In this document: in pieces, positions 26,818 to 35,942 of the stretch
Layout of the letters: the number at the start of each line of letters is the position of its first letter
Numbering within the stretch: the stretch's first letter is position 1
Origin: Candidatus Acidiferrum sp.
Lineage (GTDB): Bacteria > Verrucomicrobiota > Verrucomicrobiia > Limisphaerales > UBA8199
Direction: 5' to 3'
NCBI GenBank assembly: GCA_035541055.1
Contig: DATKNZ010000401.1
Location: 3,743 to 67,742, forward strand
Length of the DNA: 64,000 bases
Notes under the pieces: generated by a model
The model's database searches: none
What the model was told of the DNA's origin: nothing
The model's input: the letters and a program-made list of their open reading frames with translations, nothing else
Translations under genes and position numbers: made by a program

Positions 26818-27941
26818 GGGACGCGGGCGGTCATCCACAAGCCCGCCAGGCCGAACGACAGGTTGGGGAACCACGCAGCCAGCCAGGGCGGCAAGGCGCC
26901 GCTGGTGCCCAGGGCCAGGCCCACCTGGAGCAGGATGAAATACACGAAGCAAATCACGATGCTGCTCGCGACTCCCACATAGACGTTTCGCCGCCCAGCC
27001 GCCGCGCCGAAGGGAATGGCGATCACCACCACCACCAGGCAGGTCCAGGGCGACGCGAGCCGCCCTTCCAGCTTAGTATAGAGCCAGCAGGCGTCCGTCC
27101 GCCCCGGATGCGGGTGCAGCCGCAGGTAATGCAACAGCTCCAGGATCGGCACGTCTGCCCGCCGCGCCGCGTGCACCGACAAGCTGCTGCTGATGCTGAT
27201 TTCGCTGTTGATCTCCTCGATCGTCTCCGTCAACTCGGGCAGGGCGAGCACGTTCGTCTGGAGTGAAGGCACGGGCGGCAGGTCGCTCTGCGGCGTCTCG
27301 CGGAATTCGCGCACGTTGTAGAAGGTCCAAACACCGTTCACGAGCGCGGCGCGGTCGGCCCGCAACTGCCAGGGCCGGGCGCCGCCGTGGCCGGTCCAGG
27401 AGACAATGGGCTCGTGCATCTCGCCGGTCAGGGAGTTGTAAACGCCGATGCGCCAGATACGGCCATCGCGCGTGTTGTCGAAGCACAGGTTATGCACGTC
27501 CGTCTTGCCGGCGGTGTGGAACACATTCGGCAGATGCCGCTCCTTGATGACTTCGGCCTTCTCCATGCTGTCCGGCGCCCAAAGCTCGTTGATCGCCAGC
27601 AACACCAGGCTCCCCACCAGCCCCACGAGAAGGTAGGGCACCGACAGCCGCCACACGCCAACACCCGCCGCGCGAATGGCGGTGATCTCGTTATGCCGCG
27701 CGTGGTTGGTCAGGCAGTAGAGCAAGGACAGCAGCAAGGCCACGGGCAGCACGATCACCAGGATGCCCGGCGTGAGCACCAGGTAATATTGGGCGAGGTC
27801 GCCCGCCGTCATTCCCCGCTTCTGGAAGTCGCCCAGCGACAGGCAGAGATCGAACGCCGCCCACAGCATGAGGAACCCGCACAGGCAGTAGCCAAGCGGG
27901 ACAAGCAACTCGCGCAGCAGGTAACGATCGAGCAGGCGCAT
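26814..27941 (-). CDS. LptF/LptG-family permease (YjgP/YjgQ)
   Basis: 'MRLLDRYLLRELLVPLGYCLCGFLMLW' is the family-typical N-terminus. The layout is multiple transmembrane helices flanking a periplasmic beta-jellyroll-sized insert. Confidence 0.75.
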   Translation of the reverse strand: MRLLDRYLLRELLVPLGYCLCGFLMLWAAFDLCLSLGDFQKRGMTAGDLAQYYLVLTPGILVIVLPVALLLSLLYCLTNHARHNEITAIRAAGVGVWRLSVPYLLVGLVGSLVLLAINELWAPDSMEKAEVIKERHLPNVFHTAGKTDVHNLCFDNTRDGRIWRIGVYNSLTGEMHEPIVSWTGHGGARPWQLRADRAALVNGVWTFYNVREFRETPQSDLPPVPSLQTNVLALPELTETIEEINSEISISSSLSVHAARRADVPILELLHYLRLHPHPGRTDACWLYTKLEGRLASPWTCLVVVVIAIPFGAAAGRRNVYVGVASSIVICFVYFILLQVGLALGTSGALPPWLAAWFPNLSFGLAGLWMTARVP

Positions 27942-28030
27942 CTGCCCGCAGCCTAGTCGCCGAGACGCTTGGAGGCAAGTGGCGCGCCGGGATCGCGGCC
28001 TGAATGGGCGTATCTCCGCACGGCCGCCAA

Positions 28031-28158
28031 ATAGTAGCGTAAGCCTCCGGCTTGCGCCCGTCCCGGCAAGCTTTCAGCTTGCCGCGTGCATGCCCGCGCC
28101 GCGCCAACCTGGAAGGTCGGCGGGACTAAAGCAAGCCGGAGGCTTGCTCTACTACGCA
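28031..28158. repeat. GTAGCGTAAGCCTCCGGCTTGCG terminal-inverted-repeat element, copy 1
   Basis: The left end AATAGTAGCGTAAGCCTCCGGCTTGCG pairs with the right end GCAAGCCGGAGGCTTGCTCTACTACGC. It is ~128 bp long with an inner hairpin CGGCAAGCTTTCAGCTTGCCG. Confidence 0.85.
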
Positions 28159-28212
28159 AGGGCCGCAGGGACGAGATGCGGCTGTGCCGAGCGCCAGGAA
28201 CCGTGGCCCGGA

Positions 28213-28575
28213 TCACTCCGCCATCTTGTGCGTGGCGGGCTTCCGTTGACAGGTGGGCGCCGCCTCCACGGTAGTGACCGTGTAACTGTCCTCGAAGCTC
28301 GTGCCACCGGCAGGGCAGACGAGCGAGCCTCGCAGGTAAGAGCGGATGTCGCTGTAGGTAACCGGCTGCTGGTCGTACTTCCTGTTATCCAGTGCCCAGA
28401 CGTGGATCGCGCCGTCAATCTTCTGCAGGTTCTCTACACAGGTTGCCAAATAAGCCCGCTCTCTCGTCTTCACGTAGTTCGGTATGGCAACCGCCGCCAA
28501 CAGCCCCATGATCGCCACTACGATCATGATCTCCACGAGCGTGAAACCGCCCTTGCCGCAAGTGTCGTTCTTCAT
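28213..28575 (-). CDS. Prepilin-type N-terminal cleavage/methylation domain protein (type IV pilin / pseudopilin-like)
   Basis: 'GKGGFTLVEIMIVVAIMGLLAAVAIPNY' is the class III signal (G|FTLVE). It is a small 120-aa protein with Cys residues in the C-terminal half. Confidence 0.85.
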   Translation of the reverse strand: MKNDTCGKGGFTLVEIMIVVAIMGLLAAVAIPNYVKTRERAYLATCVENLQKIDGAIHVWALDNRKYDQQPVTYSDIRSYLRGSLVCPAGGTSFEDSYTVTTVEAAPTCQRKPATHKMAE

Positions 28576-28729
28576 AACTGACCTTTCTCCTGTAGCGGCG
28601 TGAACCAGGCGACCGGCGGGTTAATATAATTACGATGGTGTTCACGTATTGCCGGTTGCCAACCGCCAAGGGAATGAACAGCGCAGCGCGGCTTTGGTTG
28701 CGCCAGAAAGCCACTGTCGTGATCATTCA

Positions 28730-28853
28730 GGTAGCGTAAGCCTCCGGCTTGCGATCGTCCTAACAGTCCTTTGGATTGTTCGGGTGGCGCCTTGGGCGCG
28801 CCAACGCAGAGGGTTGCCGAGACAGGCGCAAGCCGGAGGCTTACGCTACTACC
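28730..28853. repeat. GTAGCGTAAGCCTCCGGCTTGCG terminal-inverted-repeat element, copy 2
   Basis: GGTAGCGTAAGCCTCCGGCTTGCG (28730-28753) pairs with CGCAAGCCGGAGGCTTACGCTACTACC (28827-28853). It shares a central 'GCGCGCCAAC' with copy 1. Confidence 0.85.
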
Positions 28854-28860
28854 TTACACC

Positions 28861-28928
28861 GGTAGGGACGCCTCGCCGAGGCGTCCGTGCTGGAACGGCG
28901 GCGGACGCCTCGGCGAGGCGTCCCTACC
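28861..28928. repeat. GGTAGGGACGCCTCGCCGAGGCGTCC nested-hairpin element, copy 2
   Basis: GGTAGGGACGCCTCGCCGAGGCGTCCGT pairs with GCGGACGCCTCGGCGAGGCGTCCCTACC. It is of the same family as 15778-15840. Confidence 0.85.
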
Positions 28929-28951
28929 TTGCAGCCGCTCCGACGCGTGTC

Positions 28952-29722
28952 CTAAACCGGGACCGCCTCTTCCTTGGCAATCCAGTCGTAGCCCTTCTCT
29001 TCGAGCTCCAGGGCAAGCTGCTTGTCGCCAGTGCGGACGATGCGGCCATCCACCAGCACGTGGACGAAATCCGGCACGATGTAGTTCAGCAGCCGCTGGT
29101 AATGCGTGATGACCAGTTGCGCGTTGTCCTCACGCCGCAGCTTGTTGACGCCGTTGGAGACGACCTTGAGCGCGTCGATGTCCAGGCCGGAATCGGTCTC
29201 GTCCAGGATCGCCAGGCGCGGCTCCAGCACGGCCATTTGGAAAATCTCGTTGCGCTTCTTCTCGCCGCCGGAGAAGCCTTCGTTGACCGAGCGCCGGAGC
29301 AGGTCTTCGTTCAGCTCAAGCAATTGGATTTTGTCCTTTACCAGCGTGATGAACTCCATGGCGTCCAGCTCGCTCTGGCCCTTGGACTTGCGGATTTCGT
29401 TCAAGGCGGCCTTGAGGAACACCGTGCTGTTCACGCCGGGAATCTCGACCGGGTATTGGAAGGCCAGGAACAGACCCTCGCGCGCGCGATCTTCGGGGTC
29501 CATCTCCAGCAGGTCTTTGCCATCGTAGAACACCTGCCCGCCGGTGACCTCGTAGCCCTCGCGGCCGGCCAGGATGGCGGCCAGCGTGCTCTTGCCGCTG
29601 CCGTTCGGGCCCATGACGGCGTGCACCTCGCCCGGGTGAACCGTGAGGTTGATCCCCTTGAGGATCTGCTTGCCCTCAACGCCGGCGCTTAGGTCTTTAA
29701 CGTCCAGTATCGCTTGCTTCAT
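28952..29722 (-). CDS. sufC: Fe-S cluster assembly ATPase SufC
   Basis: Walker A 'GPNGSGKSTL', ABC signature and Walker B 'FSGGEKKRNEIFQMAVLEPRLAILDETDSGLDIDAL', and the SufC-typical N-terminus 'LDVKDLSAGVEGKQILKGINL'. Confidence 0.93.
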   Translation of the reverse strand: MKQAILDVKDLSAGVEGKQILKGINLTVHPGEVHAVMGPNGSGKSTLAAILAGREGYEVTGGQVFYDGKDLLEMDPEDRAREGLFLAFQYPVEIPGVNSTVFLKAALNEIRKSKGQSELDAMEFITLVKDKIQLLELNEDLLRRSVNEGFSGGEKKRNEIFQMAVLEPRLAILDETDSGLDIDALKVVSNGVNKLRREDNAQLVITHYQRLLNYIVPDFVHVLVDGRIVRTGDKQLALELEEKGYDWIAKEEAVPV

Positions 29723-29728
29723 GGTTGC

Positions 29729-31177
29729 TCACCCTACGCTGCCTTCCAGGCTGACGCCAAGGAGCTTCTGCGCCTCGACGGCGAACTCCATCGGCAGCTC
29801 GCGGAACACCTCTTTGCAGAAGCCGTTCACGATCAGGTTCACGGCATCCTGCGTGGCCAGCCCACGCTGATTGCAGTAGAAGATTTGGTCTTCGCCGATC
29901 TTGGAGGTCGAAGCCTCATGCTCGACGCGCGCGGTGGTGTTCTTCACCTCGATGTAAGGGAAAGTATGGGCGCCGCACTTGTCGCCCAGCAGCAGGGAGT
30001 CGCATTGCGAGAAATTCCGCGCCCGGGTCGCGCCCTTCTGGATCTTCACCAGGCCGCGGTAGCTGTTCTGGCCGTGGCCGGCGGCGATGCCCTTGGATAC
30101 AATCGTGCTGCGGGTGTTCTTGCCGATGTGCACCATCTTCGTGCCGGTGTCGGCCTGCTGGTAGTTGTTCGTCACCGCGACCGAGTAGAATTCGCCCACG
30201 GAGTTGTCACCGAGCAGCACGCAACTCGGGTATTTCCACGTGATGGCGGAGCCGGTCTCCACCTGCGTCCAGCAGATCTTCGCGTTGCGCCCCTTGCACA
30301 GCCCACGTTTGGTCACGAAGTTGTAGATGCCTCCCCTGCCCTGCTCGTCGCCCGGATACCAGTTCTGGACGGTCGAGTATTTGATCTGCGCGTTATCCAG
30401 CGCGATCAACTCCACGACGGCGGCGTGCAACTGGTGCTCGTCGCGCATGGGGGCGGTGCAGCCCTCCAGGTAGCTGACCGAGGCGCCTTCCTCGGCCACG
30501 ATCAGGGTGCGCTCGAACTGGCCTGTGTTGGCCGCGTTGATGCGGAAGTAGGTGGACAGCTCCATCGGGCAGCGCACGCCCTTGGGGATGAAGCAGAACG
30601 AGCCGTCGCTGAACACGGCCGAGTTGAGGGCGGCGTAGAAGTTGTCGGTGTAGGGCACGACCATGCCCAGGTACTTCTTCACCAAGTCCGGGTGCTCCTG
30701 CACCGCCTCGGTGAACGAGCAGAAGATGATGCCTTTCTCGGCCAACTGCCGCTTGAACGTGGTGCCCACGGAGACGCTATCGAACACCGCGTCCACAGCC
30801 ACGCCGGCCAGCCGCTCGCGCTCCTTGAGAGGGATGCCCAGCTTCTCGTAGGTCTCCAGCAGCTTGGGGTCCACCTCTTCGAGGCTGCGCGGCCCCTCGC
30901 CCTTTTTCTTGGGGGCGGAGTAATAGACGGAGTCCTGGTAATCAATGGGCGGGTAGTGCACGTGCGGCCACTTCGGCTCGGTCATCGTGAGCCAATGCCG
31001 GTAAGCCTTGAGCCGCCAGTCCAGCATGAACCTCGGCTCCTGCTTTTTGGCCGAAATGAACCGGATGATGTCTTCGTTCAACCCCGGCGGCGCTGAGTCC
31101 GCCTCCACGTCCGTGTAAAAGCCATACTTGTATTCCTTCCGAACCAGGCCCTCAATTGTCTCGGTCGCTGTACTCAT
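29729..31177 (-). CDS. sufB: Fe-S cluster assembly scaffold protein SufB
   Basis: '[13 protein letters not shown]', '[33 protein letters not shown]' and '[21 protein letters not shown]' are highly conserved SufB segments. Confidence 0.93.
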   Translation of the reverse strand: MSTATETIEGLVRKEYKYGFYTDVEADSAPPGLNEDIIRFISAKKQEPRFMLDWRLKAYRHWLTMTEPKWPHVHYPPIDYQDSVYYSAPKKKGEGPRSLEEVDPKLLETYEKLGIPLKERERLAGVAVDAVFDSVSVGTTFKRQLAEKGIIFCSFTEAVQEHPDLVKKYLGMVVPYTDNFYAALNSAVFSDGSFCFIPKGVRCPMELSTYFRINAANTGQFERTLIVAEEGASVSYLEGCTAPMRDEHQLHAAVVELIALDNAQIKYSTVQNWYPGDEQGRGGIYNFVTKRGLCKGRNAKICWTQVETGSAITWKYPSCVLLGDNSVGEFYSVAVTNNYQQADTGTKMVHIGKNTRSTIVSKGIAAGHGQNSYRGLVKIQKGATRARNFSQCDSLLLGDKCGAHTFPYIEVKNTTARVEHEASTSKIGEDQIFYCNQRGLATQDAVNLIVNGFCKEVFRELPMEFAVEAQKLLGVSLEGSVG

Positions 31178-31183
31178 TTCAAA

Positions 31184-31618
31184 TCACCGTCTTCCATTTC
31201 CGCAGGCGGGGCACCGCCCATGAATGGCAATATCGTATCGCTCCGCCCGGTAGCCGCGCGGCAACGCCAGCGCGGGGGCGGCCGGCAGCGGGACGTCAAA
31301 GACGTTTTTGCAGCCGTCGCAGTAAAAGTGCCCGTGCTCGCGCATATTCGGGCAGAAGCGCGTCGCGCCGCGCTCCAGCGTCACCTGCCGCGCCAGCCCG
31401 CACTTCACCAGGGCATCCAGGCAGTTGTAAACCGTGGCCATGGAGATGTCCGGCATCTCGCGCTTGGCCCGAATGAACACTTCCTCGGCCGTCGGATGAT
31501 CGCGTTTGCGCAGCAGCACAGCATAGACCTGCTCGCGCTGCGGCGTGAAGCGAAAACCGCCCGTCTCCAGCCGTTCCTGCAGCCGGGGATCGAGGTCAAT
31601 CGGCGCTCTCTTACGCAT
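31184..31618 (-). CDS. Fur-family transcriptional regulator (Fur/PerR/Zur type not resolved)
   Basis: 'FRFTPQREQVYAVLL', 'HPTAEEVF', 'MATVYNCLDALVKCGL' and the Cys pairs 'YCDGC' and 'GRCPAC'. I chose the start at ATG 31618 (MRKRAPIDL...). The track ORF extends to 31705. Confidence 0.8.
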   Translation of the reverse strand: MRKRAPIDLDPRLQERLETGGFRFTPQREQVYAVLLRKRDHPTAEEVFIRAKREMPDISMATVYNCLDALVKCGLARQVTLERGATRFCPNMREHGHFYCDGCKNVFDVPLPAAPALALPRGYRAERYDIAIHGRCPACGNGRR

Positions 31619-31627
31619 CAAGACGGC

Positions 31628-31684
31628 AACGTAGCCCCGGGCTGAGGGGCTGTCAATATTTGGAATTATTCTAAGTTGAATTCG
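31628..31684 (-). promoter_or_regulatory. Candidate promoter and AT-rich dyad upstream of the Fur-sufBC operon
   Basis: The minus strand reads AATTCAACTTAGAATAATTCCAAATA-TTGACA-(17 nt)-TACGTT, about 9 nt before the ATG. The dyad GAATAATTC resembles half of a Fur box. This rests on pattern only. Confidence 0.25.
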
Positions 31685-31785
31685 AGCCACCGCCGGCGCC
31701 CGCATAGGAGCGCAGGCCTTAGCCGGCAGGATGCGTAATAAGGATGGTCCTCATCGCGTAGCGATGGCCTGAAGCTAGCCGTGCG

Positions 31786-31920
31786 GCTTCAGCCCACGGG
31801 AGCAGGGCCAAACAGGTCTTTGCGTCGCGTAGCGACGCCTGAGCTTCCCCTGCGCGCACCGGTTCGGGCGTCGCTGCGCGACGCAGCCGTTCTGTGGGCC
31901 CGGGTCCCGTGGGCTAAAGC
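31786..31920. repeat. Nested inverted-repeat element (~135 bp) in the Fur / lipid-cluster spacer
   Basis: The outer stem is GCTTCAGCCCACGGG (31786-31800) with CCCGTGGGCTAAAGC (31906-31920). The inner stem is TGCGTCGCGTAGCGACGCC (31821-31839) with GGCGTCGCTGCGCGACGCA (31867-31885). A related small palindrome CATCGCGTAGCGATG lies at 31753-31767. Confidence 0.8.
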
Positions 31921-32075
31921 TCCATGGCTACCTTCAAAACGCCGCTACGCGGTGCCGAACGTCACTTGTACGAACAATTCGGTCGCGTGCCCGGCTACGT
32001 TGCCCGCCCCAGTTCCATCTGGCCTGGCCCACGGTTACGGGCTAAGCTGACGCCCTTGAGTTCCTAGTCCACCGT

Positions 32076-33371
32076 ATGCGAGGCCGGCTGAACACATTTC
32101 AACTGAGCATGTTGGAGTGGAACGACCTGCACCCGTATAACGCCGTCCATGTGGTGCGCGTCCGGGAGGTGCTGGATCGGCCACGCCTGGAAGCGGCCAT
32201 CGCGCGCACCCTCGAACGGCGCGGCCTGATGGGCCTCGTGCTGGACCGCCACGCAAGGACCTACCAGTACCAAGGCGGGCCGGCTTCCGTTGAACTCCGG
32301 GTTTGCGACGCCGGGCCAGGCTGGTCGCCGGCGTTTGCGCAGGAGATCGAGCGCGAGCTGAATCAGCCTTTCGCGCACGCCGGCTCTTGCAACCCGTTCC
32401 GGTGCGTCGTGCTACCCGAAGGGGACGCCTTCTCCCTGGCGCTGGCCTACTTCCACCCGGTGGCGGACGCGCACAGCATAGTTTTCCTGCTAAAGGACAT
32501 CGTGGACGAATACCGGGGCGGTGCGGACGCCGCTCCGGAGGCAGTGCCCCGAAGCGACCCCGGGTGCGGCGATTCCCTGCTGCGCTCCCATCCCAGCGTG
32601 GTGGCCCGGAAGCTGGCCTCGCTCCCGGCGTCCGTGGCGCAGATGCGCCATTCATGCCGGCCCAATTACCGGGACCCCGCCGACTTCCATAATGGGCTCA
32701 CTCTGTTCACTCTCGGCGCGGAGGCTCTGCGGCGGGTCGTGAGGACGGCCAAGGCCCTTGAAGTCACAGTCAACGACCTGTTCCTGGCCCTGCTGATGCA
32801 GGCGGTATCGCAGATCGCGCCCAAGCGGACGCGCGCCGACCGGCGCAGAAACCTTACGCTGGGCTGCATCGTGAACACGCGCAAAGATCTCGGACGCGAC
32901 AGCGGCGGGGACTTCGGCCTGCACCTGGGCTCGTTCTTCGTGCACCACGAGGCACCGGCCGGCATCGCGCTGGCCGACCTTGCGCGGGACATTGGCGGGC
33001 AGACGCGCCGGATAAAGCAAAGCCGGCTTTACTTAGGGGCCGGCGTCGAACTAACGTTGGGGCGGCTGCTGATGTCCTTGTTCGCGGAGCACCGCAGGAA
33101 GAAGCTCTATCAGAAGCATTACCCGTTATGGGGCGGATTGACCAATATGAACCTGAACGCGCTCTGGCCACAGCCCGAGGGCGCCCGGGCCGTGGACTAC
33201 GTGAGGGCGGTCTCGACCGGTCCGGTAACCCCGCTGGTGGTTTCCGTAACCACGATAGGCGCGGTGGCCAATGTCACTGTGACCTACCGCTCGACGGTGT
33301 TCGCGGCGCCCGAGATCGAGCGCCTGAAGGCGTGCTTTCTCGAACCGGCGGGACTCCTGGCCACCGCGTGA
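32076..33371 (+). CDS. Stand-alone condensation-domain-like (HxxxD) acyltransferase
   Basis: The ~430-aa size and 'LALAYFHPVADAHSIVFLL' (HxxxD catalytic-type motif) fit the condensation / PapA5 / WS-DGAT superfamily. The assignment is tentative. Confidence 0.55.
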   Translation: MRGRLNTFQLSMLEWNDLHPYNAVHVVRVREVLDRPRLEAAIARTLERRGLMGLVLDRHARTYQYQGGPASVELRVCDAGPGWSPAFAQEIERELNQPFAHAGSCNPFRCVVLPEGDAFSLALAYFHPVADAHSIVFLLKDIVDEYRGGADAAPEAVPRSDPGCGDSLLRSHPSVVARKLASLPASVAQMRHSCRPNYRDPADFHNGLTLFTLGAEALRRVVRTAKALEVTVNDLFLALLMQAVSQIAPKRTRADRRRNLTLGCIVNTRKDLGRDSGGDFGLHLGSFFVHHEAPAGIALADLARDIGGQTRRIKQSRLYLGAGVELTLGRLLMSLFAEHRRKKLYQKHYPLWGGLTNMNLNALWPQPEGARAVDYVRAVSTGPVTPLVVSVTTIGAVANVTVTYRSTVFAAPEIERLKACFLEPAGLLATA

Positions 33372-33415
33372 GCGCGGGCGGCCTACAGGGGCAGCCGTTT
33401 GCGCTTGTAGGCCGC

Positions 33416-34501
33416 GTGCCCTCACGCGGCGCACGGAGCGCGCACGCTTTGCCACTCCTCGCGCTGGCTTCCGCCCTGCTGCTCTCGGGCTGCGGCAAAT
33501 TCCACCGCCAGGGCCTCGAGGCCGCCCGGCTGCAACAGGCCGAGCACGACTATGCAGGCCGGACCCTGCGCCTTTCTCCGGAACTGGAGGACAAGATCCT
33601 GGCCCTGAACCCCGCCCAAGTCACCACGCAAGACGTGCGGGAGGTGCTCTCGCACGCCCCGGCGCCGCGGATCATCAGCATTCATGGCGGCGTGGCGCGG
33701 GTCATTCCGCACATGATCTCGTTTGCGGACCTGCTCATTGGCCTGGGCTATCCGGCCGGCAGCCTCACCAATCCCAATGATGGCACCTACAGCTTTAGCT
33801 GCTATGAGAGCAGCGAGCGCATCGCGGGCATGGTCGCCTGGTTTTACGAGAAAGAGGGTCTGCGGCCCATGCTGATCGGGCACAGCCAGGGCGGCATGCA
33901 GGTGGTGAAGGTGCTGGACAAGCTCGCCCGCAACCCCGATCACCCGCTGCATGTATGGAGTCCGCTGACCTGGAAACCCGAGGAGCGCACCGAGATTGTG
34001 GACCCGGTGACCGGCCAGCGCCGGCCGGTAGTGGGCCTGACGCTTCCCTACGCCTCGTCGGTTGGCGCCGGGGGAGCCACCCGCATTCTGCCGAACCAGT
34101 GGGATATGAGCTTCCGCCTGCACACGATTCCCAACACGGTGGAGGAATTCACAGGCTACTGCAAAGGCTGGGACTTCACAGGCGGCGACTTGCTGGGCTA
34201 CGGCTCGATCAACCTTTACCGCGCCAGCGGCACGGCGGTGGTCCGCAACGTCTGGCTGCCGTCCGCCTACCGGCACGGCTACGTGCCCGAGACGAAACAC
34301 CTGCTGGCGGACCCGCGCCTGGTGGATTGGATCAACAATTACCGCCCGAGCCCGGCGGCGGTGTCCCGCCCAACGTTCGATCTCAAAGTTGATTCGAATA
34401 CCAGGAACATCATCTGGGCGGCGGATGTGTGGTACAGCATCAAGAAGCATTGGGTGCTGGAACTGCAGCGCCTCATACGGGCGCAGCGCGCGGGCAGATG
34501 A
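33416..34501 (+). CDS. Lipoprotein alpha/beta-hydrolase (lipase/esterase-type)
   Basis: An in-frame GTG at 33416 gives a signal peptide with the lipobox 'LLALASALLLSGC'. Nucleophile elbow 'MLIGHSQGGMQVV'. The track ORF start (33128) overlaps the previous gene and is unlikely. Confidence 0.65.
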   Translation: MPSRGARSAHALPLLALASALLLSGCGKFHRQGLEAARLQQAEHDYAGRTLRLSPELEDKILALNPAQVTTQDVREVLSHAPAPRIISIHGGVARVIPHMISFADLLIGLGYPAGSLTNPNDGTYSFSCYESSERIAGMVAWFYEKEGLRPMLIGHSQGGMQVVKVLDKLARNPDHPLHVWSPLTWKPEERTEIVDPVTGQRRPVVGLTLPYASSVGAGGATRILPNQWDMSFRLHTIPNTVEEFTGYCKGWDFTGGDLLGYGSINLYRASGTAVVRNVWLPSAYRHGYVPETKHLLADPRLVDWINNYRPSPAAVSRPTFDLKVDSNTRNIIWAADVWYSIKKHWVLELQRLIRAQRAGR

Positions 34502-35154
34502 CACTCGGGCTCAACAGGGCGGTCGTATTCGGCTCGGGCGCGGTCTATTGGGCGGGCGTTGTCGTGCAGGCGCGCCGCGTGCGCCGGCATACTGGCAAGT
34601 CCACCAACACGCGTCCACGCAACACGAAAGAGCGCCTGCTATGGGCGGGATGGTTCTGCGTCGTGGTGTGCTGGCTGGCCCTGCCCTTCCTTAGCATGGT
34701 GAAGCCCGCTTTGCCCGGCGTCGCGGTGCTCGCGAACCTGGCGCAACCCGTCGGGCTGGCGGTCGGGACCCTCCTCATGGTCGCCGGTTACCTGGGCACG
34801 CTCTGGTGCTATGCCGCTATGGGCAACGCCTGGCGGATGGGAATCAACCGGGCCGAGACACCTGACCTCGTGACGCGCGGCCCCTATCGCCTGGTGCGTC
34901 ACCCGATCTACTTCTTCCAGGTCCTCATGGTTGCGGCCATTGCGTTGCTGCTGCCTTCACTGCTGGCCTGTGTCGTTCTCGTCGTCCATCTCGTCTGCGT
35001 GCGCGTTAAGGCGGCAGACGAGGAGAGCCATCTGCGGGCCCTTCTCGGAAAGACCTACGAGAGCTATTGCGCGCAGACCGGGGCCTGGCTTCCCCGGCTG
35101 CGGCGCCATGCGCCTCCGGAGGCGCTTCCCTCACCTGAGCATTCCCTCAAATGA
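34498..35154 (+). CDS. ICMT/PEMT-type integral-membrane methyltransferase
   Basis: It is a multi-transmembrane protein with 'TRGPYRLVRHPIYFFQVLMVAAIALL', the signature region of isoprenylcysteine carboxyl / phospholipid methyltransferase-like families. ATG 34498 overlaps the upstream stop (ATGA). Confidence 0.7.
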   Translation: MTLGLNRAVVFGSGAVYWAGVVVQARRVRRHTGKSTNTRPRNTKERLLWAGWFCVVVCWLALPFLSMVKPALPGVAVLANLAQPVGLAVGTLLMVAGYLGTLWCYAAMGNAWRMGINRAETPDLVTRGPYRLVRHPIYFFQVLMVAAIALLLPSLLACVVLVVHLVCVRVKAADEESHLRALLGKTYESYCAQTGAWLPRLRRHAPPEALPSPEHSLK

Positions 35155-35942
35155 ACGACCCAGCTACAGCGGCACCCCAGCAGACAAGCGGCCAGCCCCT
35201 GGCGGGCAAAATCGCGCTGGTCACCGGCGGCTCGCGCGGCATCGGGCGAGCCATCGCGTTGAAACTGGCGGGCGCCGGCAGCGACGCCGTCATTATCTAC
35301 CATAACAGCCATGAGGAAGCCGAAGCTGTGTGCACCACGATCCACGAGCTGGGCCGGCGGGCGCAGGCGTTCCAAGCGGACGTCAGTGAACCGGAGCTGG
35401 TCTCTGAAGTCGTCGGCTCAGTGCGCGAGCAGTTTGGTCGCGTGGACATCCTCGTCAGCAATGCGGCGGTCGGCGTGCTGCGGCCGGTGCTCGAACTCTC
35501 GCTCAAGCACTGGCGCCGCTGCCTCGAAACCAACGCGCTCGCACTGAACCTCCTGGCGCAGCAGGTCGTGCCGATCATGCCCCCCGGCGGACGCATCATT
35601 GCCATCTCCAGCCTCGGCGCCTGGCGGGCGATCCCGCAATACGCCTTCATCGGCGCCTCAAAGGCGGCCCTGGAAAGCCTGGCCCGCAGCCTGGCGCAGG
35701 AACTCGGCCCGCGCGGCATCCGCGTCAACGTGATCAGCGCCGGGGTGGTGGACACCGATGCGCTGAAGTATTTCCCCAACCGCGAGCAACTGCTGGCCGA
35801 ATTCGGGCGCCGCGCCCCGGCCGGGCCGACGCTCACCGCCGAGGACGTCGCCGGAGCCGTTTACTTGCTTTGTCTGCCCGAAGCGGGCATGATAACAGGT
35901 CAAACCCTGGTAGTTGACGCAGGGTACTGTATATCCGGATGA
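35151..35942 (+). CDS. SDR-family reductase, FabL-like enoyl-ACP reductase candidate
   Basis: 'IALVTGGSRGIGRAIA' (cofactor motif), 'ISSLGAWRAIPQYAFIGASKAALE' (S...YxxxK), and 'NAAVGVLRPVLELSLKHW' and 'DTDALKYFPNRE', which resemble FabL as I recall it. ATGA overlap with the upstream gene. Confidence 0.65.
   Translation: MNDPATAAPQQTSGQPLAGKIALVTGGSRGIGRAIALKLAGAGSDAVIIYHNSHEEAEAVCTTIHELGRRAQAFQADVSEPELVSEVVGSVREQFGRVDILVSNAAVGVLRPVLELSLKHWRRCLETNALALNLLAQQVVPIMPPGGRIIAISSLGAWRAIPQYAFIGASKAALESLARSLAQELGPRGIRVNVISAGVVDTDALKYFPNREQLLAEFGRRAPAGPTLTAEDVAGAVYLLCLPEAGMITGQTLVVDAGYCISG

Noticed and set aside
25609-26982. 457-aa plus-strand ORF, and similar long antisense ORFs (1227-2150, 13088-14332, 16597-17613, 18400-19458, 19936-20943, 29714-31096, 36134-37171, 40498-41412, 41452-42327, 60268-61194)
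   Set aside because: Each overlaps, on the opposite strand, a gene with clear family signatures. Their translations are low-complexity (R/A/G/P-rich) and none shows a recognisable domain.
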